Counted from the first letter of the stretch, positions 22,299 through 33,020 are shown. The stretch is DNA of 64,000 nucleotides from an uncultured delta proteobacterium (GCA_963804165.1 CAWDPO010000046.1:160001-224000); one strand, 5' to 3'. The notes: generated from the letters alone by a model not told the origin. Program-made: numbers and translations.

Positions 22299-22763
22299 AT
22301 GAAAATTCTATTTAGAAACGCGACTTGGCCGATCGGCATGACACTGGCGACGGTGCTAGCGATGGCGTGCAGCTCGGTGGATGAAAAGCCAGCACCGCCG
22401 CCGGCGGCAGCGGCGAAACCGGCGCCCGCGCCCGCTCCGGCTGCGCCACCGGCTTCTGCGCCGGCGAAATCAGAATCGGCAAAGGCGTCGAAGACCAAGG
22501 CCGTCGACGTGGAAGGCGTAATCAGCGCGGTGGGGCAAAGAACGATTACATTTCAAATGGAACGGAAAGGCAAAGTTCGGGAAGAAGTTGTCGGGGTAGA
22601 CGACAAGACCAAAATTGAAAAGGGCGGCGCGAATGTGAAGCTGGGGGACTTGCAGGAAGCTGACAAGGCGATGATCAATTACGAACCGGAAGCTTACACA
22701 CCGGCGCTCGCGATTAAAGTCGTAGGTAAGGGCGAGATAAAGAAAGTAGGGGGCGACGACTAG
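22299..22763 (+). CDS. Pro/Ala-rich lipoprotein with a small beta-rich C-terminal domain
   Basis: Lipobox LAMAC; PAPPPAAAAKPAPAP linker; GGAGG RBS. Confidence 0.75.
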   Translation: MKILFRNATWPIGMTLATVLAMACSSVDEKPAPPPAAAAKPAPAPAPAAPPASAPAKSESAKASKTKAVDVEGVISAVGQRTITFQMERKGKVREEVVGVDDKTKIEKGGANVKLGDLQEADKAMINYEPEAYTPALAIKVVGKGEIKKVGGDD

Positions 22764-23662
22764 GATCGGTAGCGGTCGGCTCGATCGCCGCCGACAACCT
22801 CGAGATCGAACGACTGATCGTCCCTGAGAATCCTGAAAGCGATCCGTTCGCCCGGAAGCTTTTTCCACATTTCCTGGTAAAGCTCCTGACGCGAACGGAT
22901 CTCTTTTTTTTCGACGGCCAGAATAATGTCGCCCTGCTGCAGCCCGAACTTGGCAGCCGGTCCATTCGACACCAGCCCGCCAACCACGACATGACCCGCC
23001 ATGACTTGCGGATAAATGCCCAGCCACGGTCGCCGCGGGCGGCTGCGAACCTGTCCGTGTTGCTTCAACTCCTGCTCGTAGACGCGATAATAATCAATGG
23101 GAATCGCCATCGTGAATTTGCCGACTTCGGTTAAGTTGAGCGAGACGACGCCCACCAACTCGCCGCGAAAATTAGCCAGCGTCCCGCCGCCGAAGCCTGG
23201 ATTGGCGGCGGTTACCCGAATCGATTTGTCGATCATGTATTCCCACTGGCCGTCGTAACCTTCCAGCGACGTGACATAACCGCCACTGACGCGCCGCGCG
23301 GTTTCTCCGCTGCTGGCGATCATGACCACGGCTTGGCCGAGGGCAACCGAATCGGCGGGCGCAAGTTTGAGGCAAGGCAAATTTCTGCCGGAGATTTTCA
23401 CTAGCGATAGGCCGGTTTCTTGATCCTGGGCTGCTACTTGGGCCGGATACTGCTCGCCATCCGGCAATGTCGCAGTAATCGAGGTCGCGCCCACGGTCAC
23501 ATAATGAACCGTCAGAATGTAACCGTCAGGATCGACGATCGTACCGGAACCGACGCGTTCAGAACCGAGATTACGCGCGGATGGGTGGCTGTCCGGAATG
23601 CTGACGTGAAGATCCACTGTCGCCGGCAGGATCGAATGAATCAAACCGAGATGTCCGTTCAA
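22760..23662 (-). CDS. HtrA/S1C-like trypsin-PDZ protein with degenerate catalytic triad
   Basis: GSGTIVDPDGYILT, NPGFGGG, RPWLG, PDZ GPAA..GDII. Confidence 0.8.
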   Translation of the reverse strand: MNGHLGLIHSILPATVDLHVSIPDSHPSARNLGSERVGSGTIVDPDGYILTVHYVTVGATSITATLPDGEQYPAQVAAQDQETGLSLVKISGRNLPCLKLAPADSVALGQAVVMIASSGETARRVSGGYVTSLEGYDGQWEYMIDKSIRVTAANPGFGGGTLANFRGELVGVVSLNLTEVGKFTMAIPIDYYRVYEQELKQHGQVRSRPRRPWLGIYPQVMAGHVVVGGLVSNGPAAKFGLQQGDIILAVEKKEIRSRQELYQEMWKKLPGERIAFRILRDDQSFDLEVVGGDRADRYRS

Positions 23663-24663
23663 AGTCCAACTCCTTCGGCACCGTAGGAAACCGTTTGGAC
23701 TGGCGCGTTCGTTTGGTCGATTGAAAATATTCTACTCTGCCAAGTGCCTCGACCTTCGAGGCTCTTGAAGATCGCATTGTGGACGCCGATCTTGTCGATG
23801 GACCAATGCGGGGCGACGGTAATGGCGCGGTAAGTTTCCCCGGACAACCGATGCACGACAATATCCGGGCCCAACCGCTCAAGAAAATCGACAACCAATT
23901 CCACGTATTCGTCACGGCTGAATAGCGGGACTTGCCCCTGTTGGTAGAGCCTTTCGAGAGGTGTGTTCTTAATCACGTGCAGATTGTGCAATTTGACGCC
24001 GTCGATCCCGAGCTGGTTGAGTAAGCCCGACGTTGCTAAAATCTCATCCCGGCTTTCACCCGGGAAACCAAGGATAAGATGGGTGCAGATACGCAGCTGA
24101 CGTTTTTTGGCGCGTTTCACGGCATCGACAAAGTCACTCAAGCCATGGCCGCGATTTACCCACGCGAGTGTGCGATCATACATGGACTCGAGGCCGAGTT
24201 CGAGCCATAGGTACGTTTGTTTCGATAATTCGCCGAGGAGATCGAGCGTGTCCTCAGGCAGGCAATCCGGTCGCGTTGCGATAGACAGTCCGACGACACC
24301 GGGAAATTGAAGGGCCTCGCGATAAAGGTTTTCGAGCTTCGCTGAAGCATCGTAAGTGTTTGTGTAGCTCTGAAAATAGGCGATGAATTTTTCAGCCCTG
24401 TGGCGTTTTTGGATGGCCACGGCGCCTTGTTCGAGTTGCCGGGTAACTGACGTGCGCGGCCGATAGTCACCGGGAGTATGGCTTGCGTTGTTACAGTAGA
24501 TACAGCCGCCGACCGCTACCTTGCCGTCGCGGTTGGGACAGGTGAAATCCACGCGCAGGCCGATCTTGTAGACGCGCGCGTCGAAACGGTCACGCAACAC
24601 TCGGTTGAACGAGTTGTAGCGTTTACCGCGCCAGCGTCTTTCAAAGGACTCTGGAAAATTCAT
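23659..24663 (-). CDS. yhcC: Radical SAM protein, TIGR01212/YhcC family
   Basis: FTCPNRDG..GGCIYC, YFQSYTNTY, ATRPDC, GVKLHNL. Confidence 0.9.
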   Translation of the reverse strand: MNFPESFERRWRGKRYNSFNRVLRDRFDARVYKIGLRVDFTCPNRDGKVAVGGCIYCNNASHTPGDYRPRTSVTRQLEQGAVAIQKRHRAEKFIAYFQSYTNTYDASAKLENLYREALQFPGVVGLSIATRPDCLPEDTLDLLGELSKQTYLWLELGLESMYDRTLAWVNRGHGLSDFVDAVKRAKKRQLRICTHLILGFPGESRDEILATSGLLNQLGIDGVKLHNLHVIKNTPLERLYQQGQVPLFSRDEYVELVVDFLERLGPDIVVHRLSGETYRAITVAPHWSIDKIGVHNAIFKSLEGRGTWQSRIFSIDQTNAPVQTVSYGAEGVGL

Positions 24664-24841
24664 GAGCCAAACAGAAACAGGGTTAACAAAAAGCCCATGA
24701 ATACTCAAGGTGATTAAATAAGTTGATGAAAGAACAATGGAGCAAAATTTCGGTTATCTCAAGGCCTTGATGCCCATCATCGGTTGCGCCGGAAGTCGCG
24801 AATATTTCATGATCTTTTTGCAATGAGGGGAATGGGTTTGC

Positions 24842-24869
24842 TTGACAATGGAGGGGAATTGTCTATATT
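24842..24869 (+). promoter_or_regulatory. Sigma70-like promoter for the yceD-rpmF-plsX operon
   Basis: TTGACA (24842-47), 16 bp spacer, TATATT (24864-69). Confidence 0.55.
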
Positions 24870-24901
24870 CACTTAACACTGGACGGCCCGCACGACCGCT
24901 A

Positions 24902-25438
24902 ATGAAGATCTCTGTCGACGAGATTCCTCAATTCCCCAAAGAGATAAAATTCTCCGAAAGCATTGAGGAACTTAACGAGATCTACCGCCGGAGCAACAAC
25001 CGGGATTTTGGTTTTCCATCCACTCTGGACGTAGATCTGACCTATTACCGCTCGGGGCCGGAGATTTTTTTCAGCGGGCGATTCCAGGGATTGTTTCGGG
25101 GTTGTTGCGGGCGGTGCTTAGAGACTTACAATTTTACTTTGAATCGCCATTTTGATTTCGTCCTGACTCCCGATCCAGCCAAGGCTGCGCGCCGCGCTGA
25201 AGAATTGCGTAGAGACGAACTCGGTTTGAGTTATTATTCATCGGATGAAATCAATCTGGCGCCGTTGATTGCCGAACAAGTGATGCTGGCATTGCCGACA
25301 CGGCCGCTCTGCTTGGACAAGTGCCGCGGGCTGTGCGCCAGTTGCGGCGCGAATCTCAATAAGGACAATTGCGGCTGTTCCGCCGCCCAGGGCGATCCTC
25401 GAATGGCGATTTTCCGTACGCTCAAAGTCGGTCGCTAA
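24902..25438 (+). CDS. yceD: YceD/DUF177 family protein
   Basis: CGRCL, PLCLDKCRGLCASCGANLN, DPR; directly before rpmF. Confidence 0.9.
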   Translation: MKISVDEIPQFPKEIKFSESIEELNEIYRRSNNRDFGFPSTLDVDLTYYRSGPEIFFSGRFQGLFRGCCGRCLETYNFTLNRHFDFVLTPDPAKAARRAEELRRDELGLSYYSSDEINLAPLIAEQVMLALPTRPLCLDKCRGLCASCGANLNKDNCGCSAAQGDPRMAIFRTLKVGR

Positions 25439-25499
25439 TTCACGCTTAAATCTTAAATACTGCCGCCCCGCGTACGCGGAGAAAGACGGGACTGAACCG

Positions 25500-25682
25500 A
25501 TGCCGGTACCCAAACGAAGAACTTCGAAACGTGTGAAAAACCAGCGCCGCGCGCACGATGGCCTGACCAAGCCGCAATGGAGCACGTGCTCGAATTGCGG
25601 TGAAACGGTCATGCCGCATCGCGCCTGCGCTCACTGTGGCTTTTATCGAGGCCGCGCAGTTCTGCCGGTCGAACAAAGCTAA
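25500..25682 (+). CDS. rpmF: 50S ribosomal protein L32
   Basis: MPVPKRRTSK..CSNCGE..PHRACAHCGFY. Confidence 0.97.
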   Translation: MPVPKRRTSKRVKNQRRAHDGLTKPQWSTCSNCGETVMPHRACAHCGFYRGRAVLPVEQS

Positions 25683-25699
25683 CTCGCCTCCTACCCCAT

Positions 25700-26818
25700 A
25701 TGCCGAAAATCGCCATCGACGCGATGGGTGGAGATCACGCCCCGCAAGCGGTCGTCGAGGGTGCCTTACTTGCTGCCCAAGAACTCGGCGTCGAAATGGT
25801 TTTGGTCGGGGACAAAGAGTCCATCGAACGGGAGCTTGCTAGACACAAAGGCGCCCTGAAATTCAGTATTGTCGCGGCTTCGCAAGTCGTGCCGATGCAC
25901 GAATCGCCGAGCATCGCGCTCCGCAAAAAAGATTCCTCCATGAGGGTCGGATTCGAATTGATGAAGCGCGGTGAGGTCGATGCCGTTATCAGCGCGGGAA
26001 ACTCGGGCGCCATGATGGCTGTCGGCATGTTCGTCATGGGAACGTTGCCGCAGGTTGCCCGTCCCGCCATTTTGGTGGTCGTTCCCAGCCTGGGTAAAGG
26101 GACGGTGATCGTCGATGCGGGCGCGAATGTCGACTGCAAGCCGCGCCACTTGGTTCAGTTCGGTCTTATGGGATCGATTTACGCCGAACGGATCTTGGGT
26201 ATCGCGAAACCACGCGTCGGAGTGTTGAGCAACGGCGAAGAGGAAGGCAAGGGCAACGAACTCACCCGAGCGGCAAGCGAACAGTTAGCCGCGATGTCCC
26301 TCAATTTTATCGGTTACGTCGAGGGTCGGGATATTTTTGCCGATCATGTGGATGTCGTCGTCTGCGACGGTTTTACGGGGAACATCGCGCTCAAAACCAT
26401 GGAAGGTGTCGCGAGTTTCGCCAGCGCCGTATTAAAAAGCGCTTTCCAAAAAAATCTTTCGAGTCGTTTGGGGTACTTGCTGAGCCGTAATTCCCTTGCC
26501 GAAGCCTATCGCCGGTTAGATTATGCCGAGTACGGCGGCGCTCCGTTGATCGGCTTGGATGGCGTGGCGATCATTGCTCACGGCGGCTCCAGCCCGCTGG
26601 CGATTAAGAATGCCATTCGGGCAGCGCGTGACGCCGTGGATCAGCGGATTAATCGCCATATCGCCGATGCTCTAGGGGACACGGATGGCGTGGGGGACAA
26701 CAAGAAGGAAGGTTTACCGAGAAAACTTTGGGAGCGCTTTAAATCGAAAATTGAGTCCTTGGGCGAGAAGACGGAACCTGACGCCGAGCCGAACGAACGG
26801 AGGGGAGGTGGCGAGTAG
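25700..26818 (+). CDS. plsX: Phosphate acyltransferase PlsX
   Basis: IAIDAMGGDHAP, SAGNSGA, CDGFTGN, YGGAPLIG. Confidence 0.97.
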   Translation: MPKIAIDAMGGDHAPQAVVEGALLAAQELGVEMVLVGDKESIERELARHKGALKFSIVAASQVVPMHESPSIALRKKDSSMRVGFELMKRGEVDAVISAGNSGAMMAVGMFVMGTLPQVARPAILVVVPSLGKGTVIVDAGANVDCKPRHLVQFGLMGSIYAERILGIAKPRVGVLSNGEEEGKGNELTRAASEQLAAMSLNFIGYVEGRDIFADHVDVVVCDGFTGNIALKTMEGVASFASAVLKSAFQKNLSSRLGYLLSRNSLAEAYRRLDYAEYGGAPLIGLDGVAIIAHGGSSPLAIKNAIRAARDAVDQRINRHIADALGDTDGVGDNKKEGLPRKLWERFKSKIESLGEKTEPDAEPNERRGGGE

Positions 26819-27752
26819 TCCTCTGGCATTTGTTTTTCCCGGGCAAGGATCACAGTACGTCGGTATGGGCAAGGAATTCAACGCCGAGTTCCCGGTCGCC
26901 CAAGAGATTTTTGCTGAGGCCGACGACGCGCTCGAATGTTCTCTCAGCGCCCTTTGCTTTTACGGTCCGGAAACTGACCTCAAGTTGACCGAGAACACCC
27001 AGCCAGCGATTCTCACCGCCTCGATCGCCGCTTTGCGGGTACTCGAGACAGAGACTCCGCTGCGGCCATCATTCGTCGCGGGCCACAGCCTGGGCGAATA
27101 TAGCGCGCTGGTCGCCGTGGGAGCGCTGCAATTCCGGGACGCGGTGAAAATAGTACGCGAACGTGGACGCCTAATGCAGCAGGCCGTGCCCTCGGGTCGA
27201 GGCGCGATGGCGGTGGTACTCGGGTTGGAGATGGAGGCGGTGCGCGATCTGTGCGTGGATGCTAGTCGCGGCGAAGTCGTCTCGCCCGCCAATTTCAATG
27301 GCGCCGGACAGGTTGTCATTGCTGGCGACCATGGCGCCGTTGAACGGGCTATGAAACTAGCAAAGGAACGCGGCGCGAAGAGAGTGCTGGACCTGCCGGT
27401 GAGCGCGCCGTTTCATTGCCGGCTCATGCAGCCTGCCGCTGACGGCCTGAAGCAAATATTGAGTGACGTCACGGTTCGCCCCTTCGTTACAGGTGTGGTA
27501 TCAAACGTTGAAGCTGAAGTTAATCTCAGTGCTGAGCGAGTGAAATCGTTACTGGTCGATCAAGCCGTGTGTCCGGTGCGTTGGGAAGAAACGGTGCGAA
27601 AGTTCCACGAATTAGGCTGTGATCGAGCGCTCGAGATCGGTCCGGGCAAGGTCCTCAAAGGACTTATGAAGCGAATCGTTCCGACGATGGAAATTGAAAA
27701 CTTCGCAGTTCCGCAGGATCTATCGCGGCTCGCTTCGGCGTGGACTCAATGA
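26808..27752 (+). CDS. fabD: Malonyl-CoA:ACP transacylase
   Basis: FPGQGSQ, GHSLGEY, VSAPFH, EIGPG. Confidence 0.97.
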   Translation: MASSPLAFVFPGQGSQYVGMGKEFNAEFPVAQEIFAEADDALECSLSALCFYGPETDLKLTENTQPAILTASIAALRVLETETPLRPSFVAGHSLGEYSALVAVGALQFRDAVKIVRERGRLMQQAVPSGRGAMAVVLGLEMEAVRDLCVDASRGEVVSPANFNGAGQVVIAGDHGAVERAMKLAKERGAKRVLDLPVSAPFHCRLMQPAADGLKQILSDVTVRPFVTGVVSNVEAEVNLSAERVKSLLVDQAVCPVRWEETVRKFHELGCDRALEIGPGKVLKGLMKRIVPTMEIENFAVPQDLSRLASAWTQ

Positions 27753-28492
27753 TTCTCAACGGTCAGGTCGCGCTCGTCACCGGCGCTAGTCGCGGCATCG
27801 GACGCGCGGTCGCATTGGCGCTTGCGCGTTTGGGTTCCCATGTAGTTGTCAATTACCGGGGTAACCACTCGGCGGCCGAGGAGTCTTTGGCCAAGGTCGT
27901 GGCCGAAGGAGGCCAGGGCGAGCTTTGCCCGTTCGATGTCGCCGACGAGAATCAGGTCGAAGCCGCAATCAAGGGAATCGTTGACCATCACAAGAAAATT
28001 GATATTCTCGTTAACAATGCCGGTATAACCTCTGATAATCTTTTGATGCGCGTCAAGCCGGCGGATTGGGACCAGGTTGTCGGCACTAATCTCAAGGGTA
28101 CCGTTCTCTGCACAAAGATCGTATCGCGTTATATGATCCGACAACATCATGGGCGGATCATCAATTTATCGTCGGTGGTGGGGCAAACGGGTAACGTCGG
28201 ACAGTCGCTCTACGCTGCTTCCAAGGCGGGGATCATCGGCTTCACCAAAGCGGTGGCTCGCGAGGTGGCGTCCAGAAGTGTGACGGTGAATGTCGTTGCG
28301 CCGGGGTTTATCGAAACGGATATGACGGCGAAGCTGCCGGAAAAGATGCGCGAGGACTTTCTCCATGCGATCCCGCTCGGCCGTTTTGGTACTTGCGAGG
28401 AAGTCGCTGAAATGATTGTATTTCTCGCGGGGGAGAAATCTGGATATATTACCGGGCAGGTGTTTAGTATTAACGGCGGACTGTACATGTAA
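27749..28492 (+). CDS. fabG: 3-oxoacyl-ACP reductase
   Basis: [19 protein letters not shown]; synteny. Confidence 0.95.
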   Translation: MILNGQVALVTGASRGIGRAVALALARLGSHVVVNYRGNHSAAEESLAKVVAEGGQGELCPFDVADENQVEAAIKGIVDHHKKIDILVNNAGITSDNLLMRVKPADWDQVVGTNLKGTVLCTKIVSRYMIRQHHGRIINLSSVVGQTGNVGQSLYAASKAGIIGFTKAVAREVASRSVTVNVVAPGFIETDMTAKLPEKMREDFLHAIPLGRFGTCEEVAEMIVFLAGEKSGYITGQVFSINGGLYM

Positions 28493-28520
28493 CGAATCTG
28501 TATGCAGGAGGTATGTGAAG

Positions 28521-28757
28521 ATGGCGGCGTCTGTTCAGGCTAGAGTGAAGGAAATTGTATGCGAGCAACTCGGAGTGAGCGCAGAAGAGGTAACCCCGGA
28601 AGCCTCATTTATTGAGGATTTAGGGGCAGATTCCCTGGATATCGTCGAGTTGGTGATGGCGCTCGAAGAAGAGTACGAGATGGAGATCTCCGATGAGGAC
28701 GCGGAAAAGATCAAGACCGTCCAGGATGTCATCACCTATATCGAAGCCCATCGTTAG
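28521..28757 (+). CDS. acpP: Acyl carrier protein
   Basis: [19 protein letters not shown]. Confidence 0.97.
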   Translation: MAASVQARVKEIVCEQLGVSAEEVTPEASFIEDLGADSLDIVELVMALEEEYEMEISDEDAEKIKTVQDVITYIEAHR

Positions 28758-28826
28758 GATCTCCGGGGTCGCGTAGAGCGTATTAGGGCTAATTGATCGC
28801 CCAACCAGTTACTCAAGAAGCAAAGC

Positions 28827-28879
28827 AAATCGCAGGCGAGTGGGATCCAATGTCCATGCTCCTGCGATTTTCTTTATTT
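28827..28879 (+). terminator. Hairpin/possible terminator after acpP
   Basis: AAATCGCAGG (28827-36) pairs with CCTGCGATTT (28861-70), followed by T-rich TCTTTATTT. Confidence 0.45.
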
Positions 28880-28904
28880 CGATAGCGCGGGTCAAGTTCG
28901 AGTT

Positions 28905-29378
28905 ATGATCGTATTCGGTTGCGACCACGGTGGCTTGGAGCTCAAAAACTTTCTCGTCGATCGTCTGCGCTCCAAGGGCCTTGACGTTTATGATCACGGC
29001 ACTCACAGCAGGGACTCCGTGGATTATCCAGATTATGCGCGCGAAGTGTGCCGATGCGTCGTTGCGTGTGACGCAGACCGTGGCGTGCTCGTTTGCACGA
29101 CCGGCATCGGCATGTCGATCATCGCCAACAAATTTCCCGGCGTGCGCGCTGCGCTGGTGCAGGACCTCGACGGCGCGCGCTCGAGCCGCGAGCACAACGA
29201 TGCGAACATTTTGGTCCTGAGCGGCGCGAAGACCGTCCCATCATTGGCGCAACAAATCGTCGACGTTTGGCTAACCACGCCGTTTGCCGGTGGTCGGCAC
29301 CAGAGACGCGTCGACAAAATTACTCAGACCGAAAAAGAGCTGGGTCTCCGGCCCGCTCCTGAAACAGAGAAGAAGTAG
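28905..29378 (+). CDS. rpiB: Ribose-5-phosphate isomerase B
   Basis: GCDHGG, VDYPDY, CTTGIGMSI, HNDANIL, GGRHQRR. Confidence 0.96.
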   Translation: MIVFGCDHGGLELKNFLVDRLRSKGLDVYDHGTHSRDSVDYPDYAREVCRCVVACDADRGVLVCTTGIGMSIIANKFPGVRAALVQDLDGARSSREHNDANILVLSGAKTVPSLAQQIVDVWLTTPFAGGRHQRRVDKITQTEKELGLRPAPETEKK

Positions 29379-29393
29379 CGCGAAGGTATTCAT

Positions 29394-30647
29394 ATGTCAT
29401 TTTTAGAACAAGCCGATCCAGCCGTGTTCTCGGCAATTCAGAAAGAAACCCAGAGGCTGGAAGGTAACCTGGAGCTGATCGCATCTGAAAACGTCGTGAG
29501 CGAGGCGGTGTTGGAGGCGCAGGGGTGCGTGATGACCAACAAGTACGCCGAAGGCTATCCGGGCAAGCGGTATTATGGCGGCTGCGAGTTTGTCGATGAA
29601 GTTGAATCGTTGGCGATCGCGCGGGCCAAAGAGCTATTCAGTGCCGATCACGCGAACGTGCAGCCGCATTCGGGCTCGCAGGCCAACATGACGGTTTATC
29701 TCGCGGTGTTAAAGCCAGGCGACACCTATTTGGGAATGAACCTGGCCCACGGTGGGCATCTGTCGATGGGCAGCCCGGTTAATTTTTCTGGATTTATCTA
29801 CAAAGTGATTCCCTACGGCGTTTCGGAAAAAACCGAAACCATCGACTATGACGAAGTTGAACGGTTGGCTAAGGAACATCGTCCCAAACTGATCGTCGCC
29901 GGCGCCAGCGCCTACCCGCGCGTCATCGATTATCCTCGGTTTCGCAAAATCGCCGATGAAGTCGGCGCGTTGCTGATGGTCGACATGGCGCACGTCGCCG
30001 GATTGATCGCGGCGGGCTTACACCCGAGTCCGGTGCCTTACGCGGACTTCGTTACCACGACGACGCATAAAACCTTACGCGGGCCGCGCGGCGGTCTAGT
30101 GCTCTGCAAAGCCGAGCACGCCAAGATCGTCGACAGCCGGGTTTTTCCGGGTATGCAGGGCGGGCCGCTGATGCACGTGATCGCCGCCAAGGCGGTGGCA
30201 TTGAAGGAAGCTTTGTGTCCGGAATTTAAAATCTATCAGCAGCAGATCGTCAAGAATGCGCAGGTGCTCGCCCAGGCGTTGATGCGCGCCGGATTTCGCC
30301 TCACGTCGGACGGCACCGACAATCATTTGATGCTGGTCGATTTGCGCAAATCGGAGCTCACCGGCAAAGTGGCGCAAGAGACTTTGGATAAAGCGCGCAT
30401 TACCGTGAATCGCAACGCCGTGCCGTTCGACACGCGCTCGCCGTTCGTTACCAGCGGCGTGCGCATCGGCACGCCGGCCGTGACCACGCGCGGCATGAAA
30501 GAAACGGAGATGGACTTGATCGGTGATTTCATTTCCAGAGCGCTGAAACGTGTGGGAGATGACGCCGCGCTCCAAGGGATTGCCGGTGAAGTCGGCAGTC
30601 TGTGCAGGAAGTTTCCGGTCTATCCGCATCGGTTGGAGAAAGCTTAG
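29394..30647 (+). CDS. glyA: Serine hydroxymethyltransferase
   Basis: [29 protein letters not shown]. Confidence 0.98.
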   Translation: MSFLEQADPAVFSAIQKETQRLEGNLELIASENVVSEAVLEAQGCVMTNKYAEGYPGKRYYGGCEFVDEVESLAIARAKELFSADHANVQPHSGSQANMTVYLAVLKPGDTYLGMNLAHGGHLSMGSPVNFSGFIYKVIPYGVSEKTETIDYDEVERLAKEHRPKLIVAGASAYPRVIDYPRFRKIADEVGALLMVDMAHVAGLIAAGLHPSPVPYADFVTTTTHKTLRGPRGGLVLCKAEHAKIVDSRVFPGMQGGPLMHVIAAKAVALKEALCPEFKIYQQQIVKNAQVLAQALMRAGFRLTSDGTDNHLMLVDLRKSELTGKVAQETLDKARITVNRNAVPFDTRSPFVTSGVRIGTPAVTTRGMKETEMDLIGDFISRALKRVGDDAALQGIAGEVGSLCRKFPVYPHRLEKA

Positions 30648-30649
30648 CT

Positions 30650-30730
30650 GAAGGGCTAGAAGATCGAGGACTGAAGATCGGGATTTTCCGTAGCAATCTT
30701 CTAACTTCGATCCTCTTTCTTCGATTCTTA
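30650..30730. repeat. Degenerate heptamer inverted-repeat element
   Basis: GAAGATC-GAGGACT-GAAGATC units facing TTCGATCCTC/TTCGATTCTT units. Confidence 0.45.
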
Positions 30731-30732
30731 CT

Positions 30733-31236
30733 ATGAAATGTCCTTTTTGCCACGAGACGGAAAATCGCGTCATCGATTCGCGATTGAGCAAGGATAGCAA
30801 TATGATCCGGCGCCGGCGCGAGTGCGAGCGCTGCAATCGGCGCTTCACGACTTATGAACGCGTCGAAGAAATGATGCCGTTGCTGGTAAAAAAAGACGGC
30901 CGGCGCGAAGCTTACGATCGGGTAAAAATCGTCAACGGTTTGAAACGGGCGTGCGAAAAGCGCCCGGTCAGCATCAACACGATCGAGGCAATCGCCGATC
31001 GCATCGAGCGCACGCTGCAAGAGCGCGGCGAAAAAGAAATCCCCAGTTCCGTGATCGGCGAAGCGCTGATGCGCGAGCTTCACGATACCGATCCCGTGGC
31101 CTACGTCCGTTTCGCATCGGTGTACCGCTCCTTCAAGGATATCGGCGAGTTTATGGTCGAGTTGGAGGAGCTGATCAAAGAACGCAAAGGTTTGCCGCTG
31201 GCCAAAACTGCCGAACCGGGACGCAGAAGGGAATAG
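30733..31236 (+). CDS. nrdR: Transcriptional repressor NrdR
   Basis: MKCPFC..VIDSR..RRRREC..RFTTYE; ATP cone; [10 protein letters not shown]. Confidence 0.97.
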   Translation: MKCPFCHETENRVIDSRLSKDSNMIRRRRECERCNRRFTTYERVEEMMPLLVKKDGRREAYDRVKIVNGLKRACEKRPVSINTIEAIADRIERTLQERGEKEIPSSVIGEALMRELHDTDPVAYVRFASVYRSFKDIGEFMVELEELIKERKGLPLAKTAEPGRRRE

Positions 31237-31241
31237 CTCCG

Positions 31242-32345
31242 TTGTCCGGCGCCTCGTGGAGCGACTCCGATAAACGATACTTACGCATGGCTTGCCGTTT
31301 GGCGCGCAAGGCGGCGGGCCGGACCAGCCCCAACCCTATTGTTGGCGCCGTGCTGGTGCGCGGTGGCCGAATCGTCGGCGTCGGTTTCCATCGATTCGCC
31401 GGCGGCGATCATGCTGAAATCGTCGCACTCAAGCACGCCGGCGCGCAAGCCCGGGGCGCGACACTCTACATCACACTGGAACCATGCAGCCATTACGGCC
31501 GCACACCGCCGTGCACGCGGGCGTTGATCCGCGCCGGCATCAAAGAAGTGGTATGCGGCACGAGGGACCCCAACCCCCTAATCGCGGGGCAGGGCTTTCG
31601 CCAGCTACGGCGAGCGGGAATTAAAGTCCGCATTGGCGTGTTGGAAAACGACTGCCGCGCGCTCATCGAGAGTTTCGCGAAATTCATAACTCGCCGTTTG
31701 CCGTTCGTAACCCTCAAGCTGGCGGCTACTCTGGATGGCAAAATCGCCGCCGCCAGTGGCGATGCGCGCTGGATCAGCGGTGAAGATTCGCGCCGGAGAG
31801 TTCACCGGATGCGCAATGAAGTCGATGCCGTCATTGTCGGCGTGGAGACTGTAAAAGCCGATGATCCTCAACTGACCTGCCGAATTCCGCGCGGCCGTAA
31901 CCCGTGGCGGATCGTCGTGGATAGCCGTCTGAGTATTCCGCTTTCTGCGCGCGTTCTGCGCCAAGCCGATCCGGCAAAGACGATCGTCGCGACGGGAACT
32001 CAAGTTTCCGCGGTGAAAATGCGCGCGATCGAAGCCCTGGGCGCGCAGGTATGGCCACTGCCGCTTAAGCGCGGCAAGGTGGCATGGCGGCCTTTGCTGC
32101 GAAAGCTCGCAGCTTCAGGAATTGTCAGTGTGATGATCGAAGGAGGGGCGGTTGTCGCCGCGTCGGCTGTCAAAGAAAGGATCATCGATAAGATTATTTT
32201 TTTCTATGCGCCGAAGATTGTCGGTGCAGATGGGCGGGCAATGATCGAACAGTTGGGTATCAAGCGGGTGAAACAATCGATCCCGGTCAAGAACCTGCAC
32301 GTCGTGAATTCCGGCGACGACTTAATGATCACCGGTTATCTATAG
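31242..32345 (+). CDS. ribD: Riboflavin biosynthesis deaminase/reductase RibD
   Basis: TSPNPIVG, HAE, TLEPCSHYGRTPPC, EGG; start inferred at TTG after nrdR. Confidence 0.95.
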   Translation: MSGASWSDSDKRYLRMACRLARKAAGRTSPNPIVGAVLVRGGRIVGVGFHRFAGGDHAEIVALKHAGAQARGATLYITLEPCSHYGRTPPCTRALIRAGIKEVVCGTRDPNPLIAGQGFRQLRRAGIKVRIGVLENDCRALIESFAKFITRRLPFVTLKLAATLDGKIAAASGDARWISGEDSRRRVHRMRNEVDAVIVGVETVKADDPQLTCRIPRGRNPWRIVVDSRLSIPLSARVLRQADPAKTIVATGTQVSAVKMRAIEALGAQVWPLPLKRGKVAWRPLLRKLAASGIVSVMIEGGAVVAASAVKERIIDKIIFFYAPKIVGADGRAMIEQLGIKRVKQSIPVKNLHVVNSGDDLMITGYL

Positions 32346-32388
32346 GCTCGCCCGTGATTGACCAGATCAGTAGTTGGACATTGGCGAT

Positions 32389-32982
32389 ATGTTTACCGGA
32401 CTCATCGAAGACGTAGGAACCCTTGTCGCGCTGCGGCTGCAAAGCAAAGCGGCGGTGTTGACTCTGAATACTAAGCTGCCGGTGCACTCAATGCCGCGCG
32501 GCGCGAGCGTCGCGGTCAATGGCGCCTGCTTGACCGTTGTTAGCAAGAGCAGCAAGACGTTTACCGTGGATGTTTCCCCCGAGACGTTGCAGCGCACCAA
32601 TCTGGAAACTCTGGCGGTCGGTAGTTCCGTCAACCTCGAGCGGCCGATGCGGTTGGCGGATCGGCTCGGCGGACATTTGGTGACCGGCCATGTTGACGGT
32701 GTTGGCCGGATCGAGACGATTGAAAAGCAAGGCGAGTTCACCATCGTTAGCATCGCAGTTCCGGTGCTTCTTGGCGCCTTGCTCGTACCAAAAGGGTCGG
32801 TCGCCGTCGACGGTATTAGCTTGACGGTCAATGTTTGCCGAAAGCAGCGATTTTCGGTGGCGATCATTCCATTTACGATGAATCACACTAATTTGCGCGC
32901 TCGGAAGGTTGGTGATAAAGTTAACATCGAAACCGATTTGATCGGAAAATATGTGCAAAGCTTCATGCGCCAACGCCGCTAG
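32389..32982 (+). CDS. ribE: Riboflavin synthase
   Basis: MFTGLIE, NGACLT, GGHLVTGHVD, DGISLT. Confidence 0.96.
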   Translation: MFTGLIEDVGTLVALRLQSKAAVLTLNTKLPVHSMPRGASVAVNGACLTVVSKSSKTFTVDVSPETLQRTNLETLAVGSSVNLERPMRLADRLGGHLVTGHVDGVGRIETIEKQGEFTIVSIAVPVLLGALLVPKGSVAVDGISLTVNVCRKQRFSVAIIPFTMNHTNLRARKVGDKVNIETDLIGKYVQSFMRQRR

Positions 32983-33020
32983 AAATATGTCACGCATCTC
33001 TGTGCGAAACGAGCAGTCCC

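Noticed and set aside
30951-31241. Long N-terminal extension of RibD
   Set aside because: It overlaps nrdR in another frame; RibD homology starts after the nrdR stop.
30648-31241. FMN riboswitch ahead of the rib genes
   Set aside because: No RFN consensus and no space; the genes are tightly packed.
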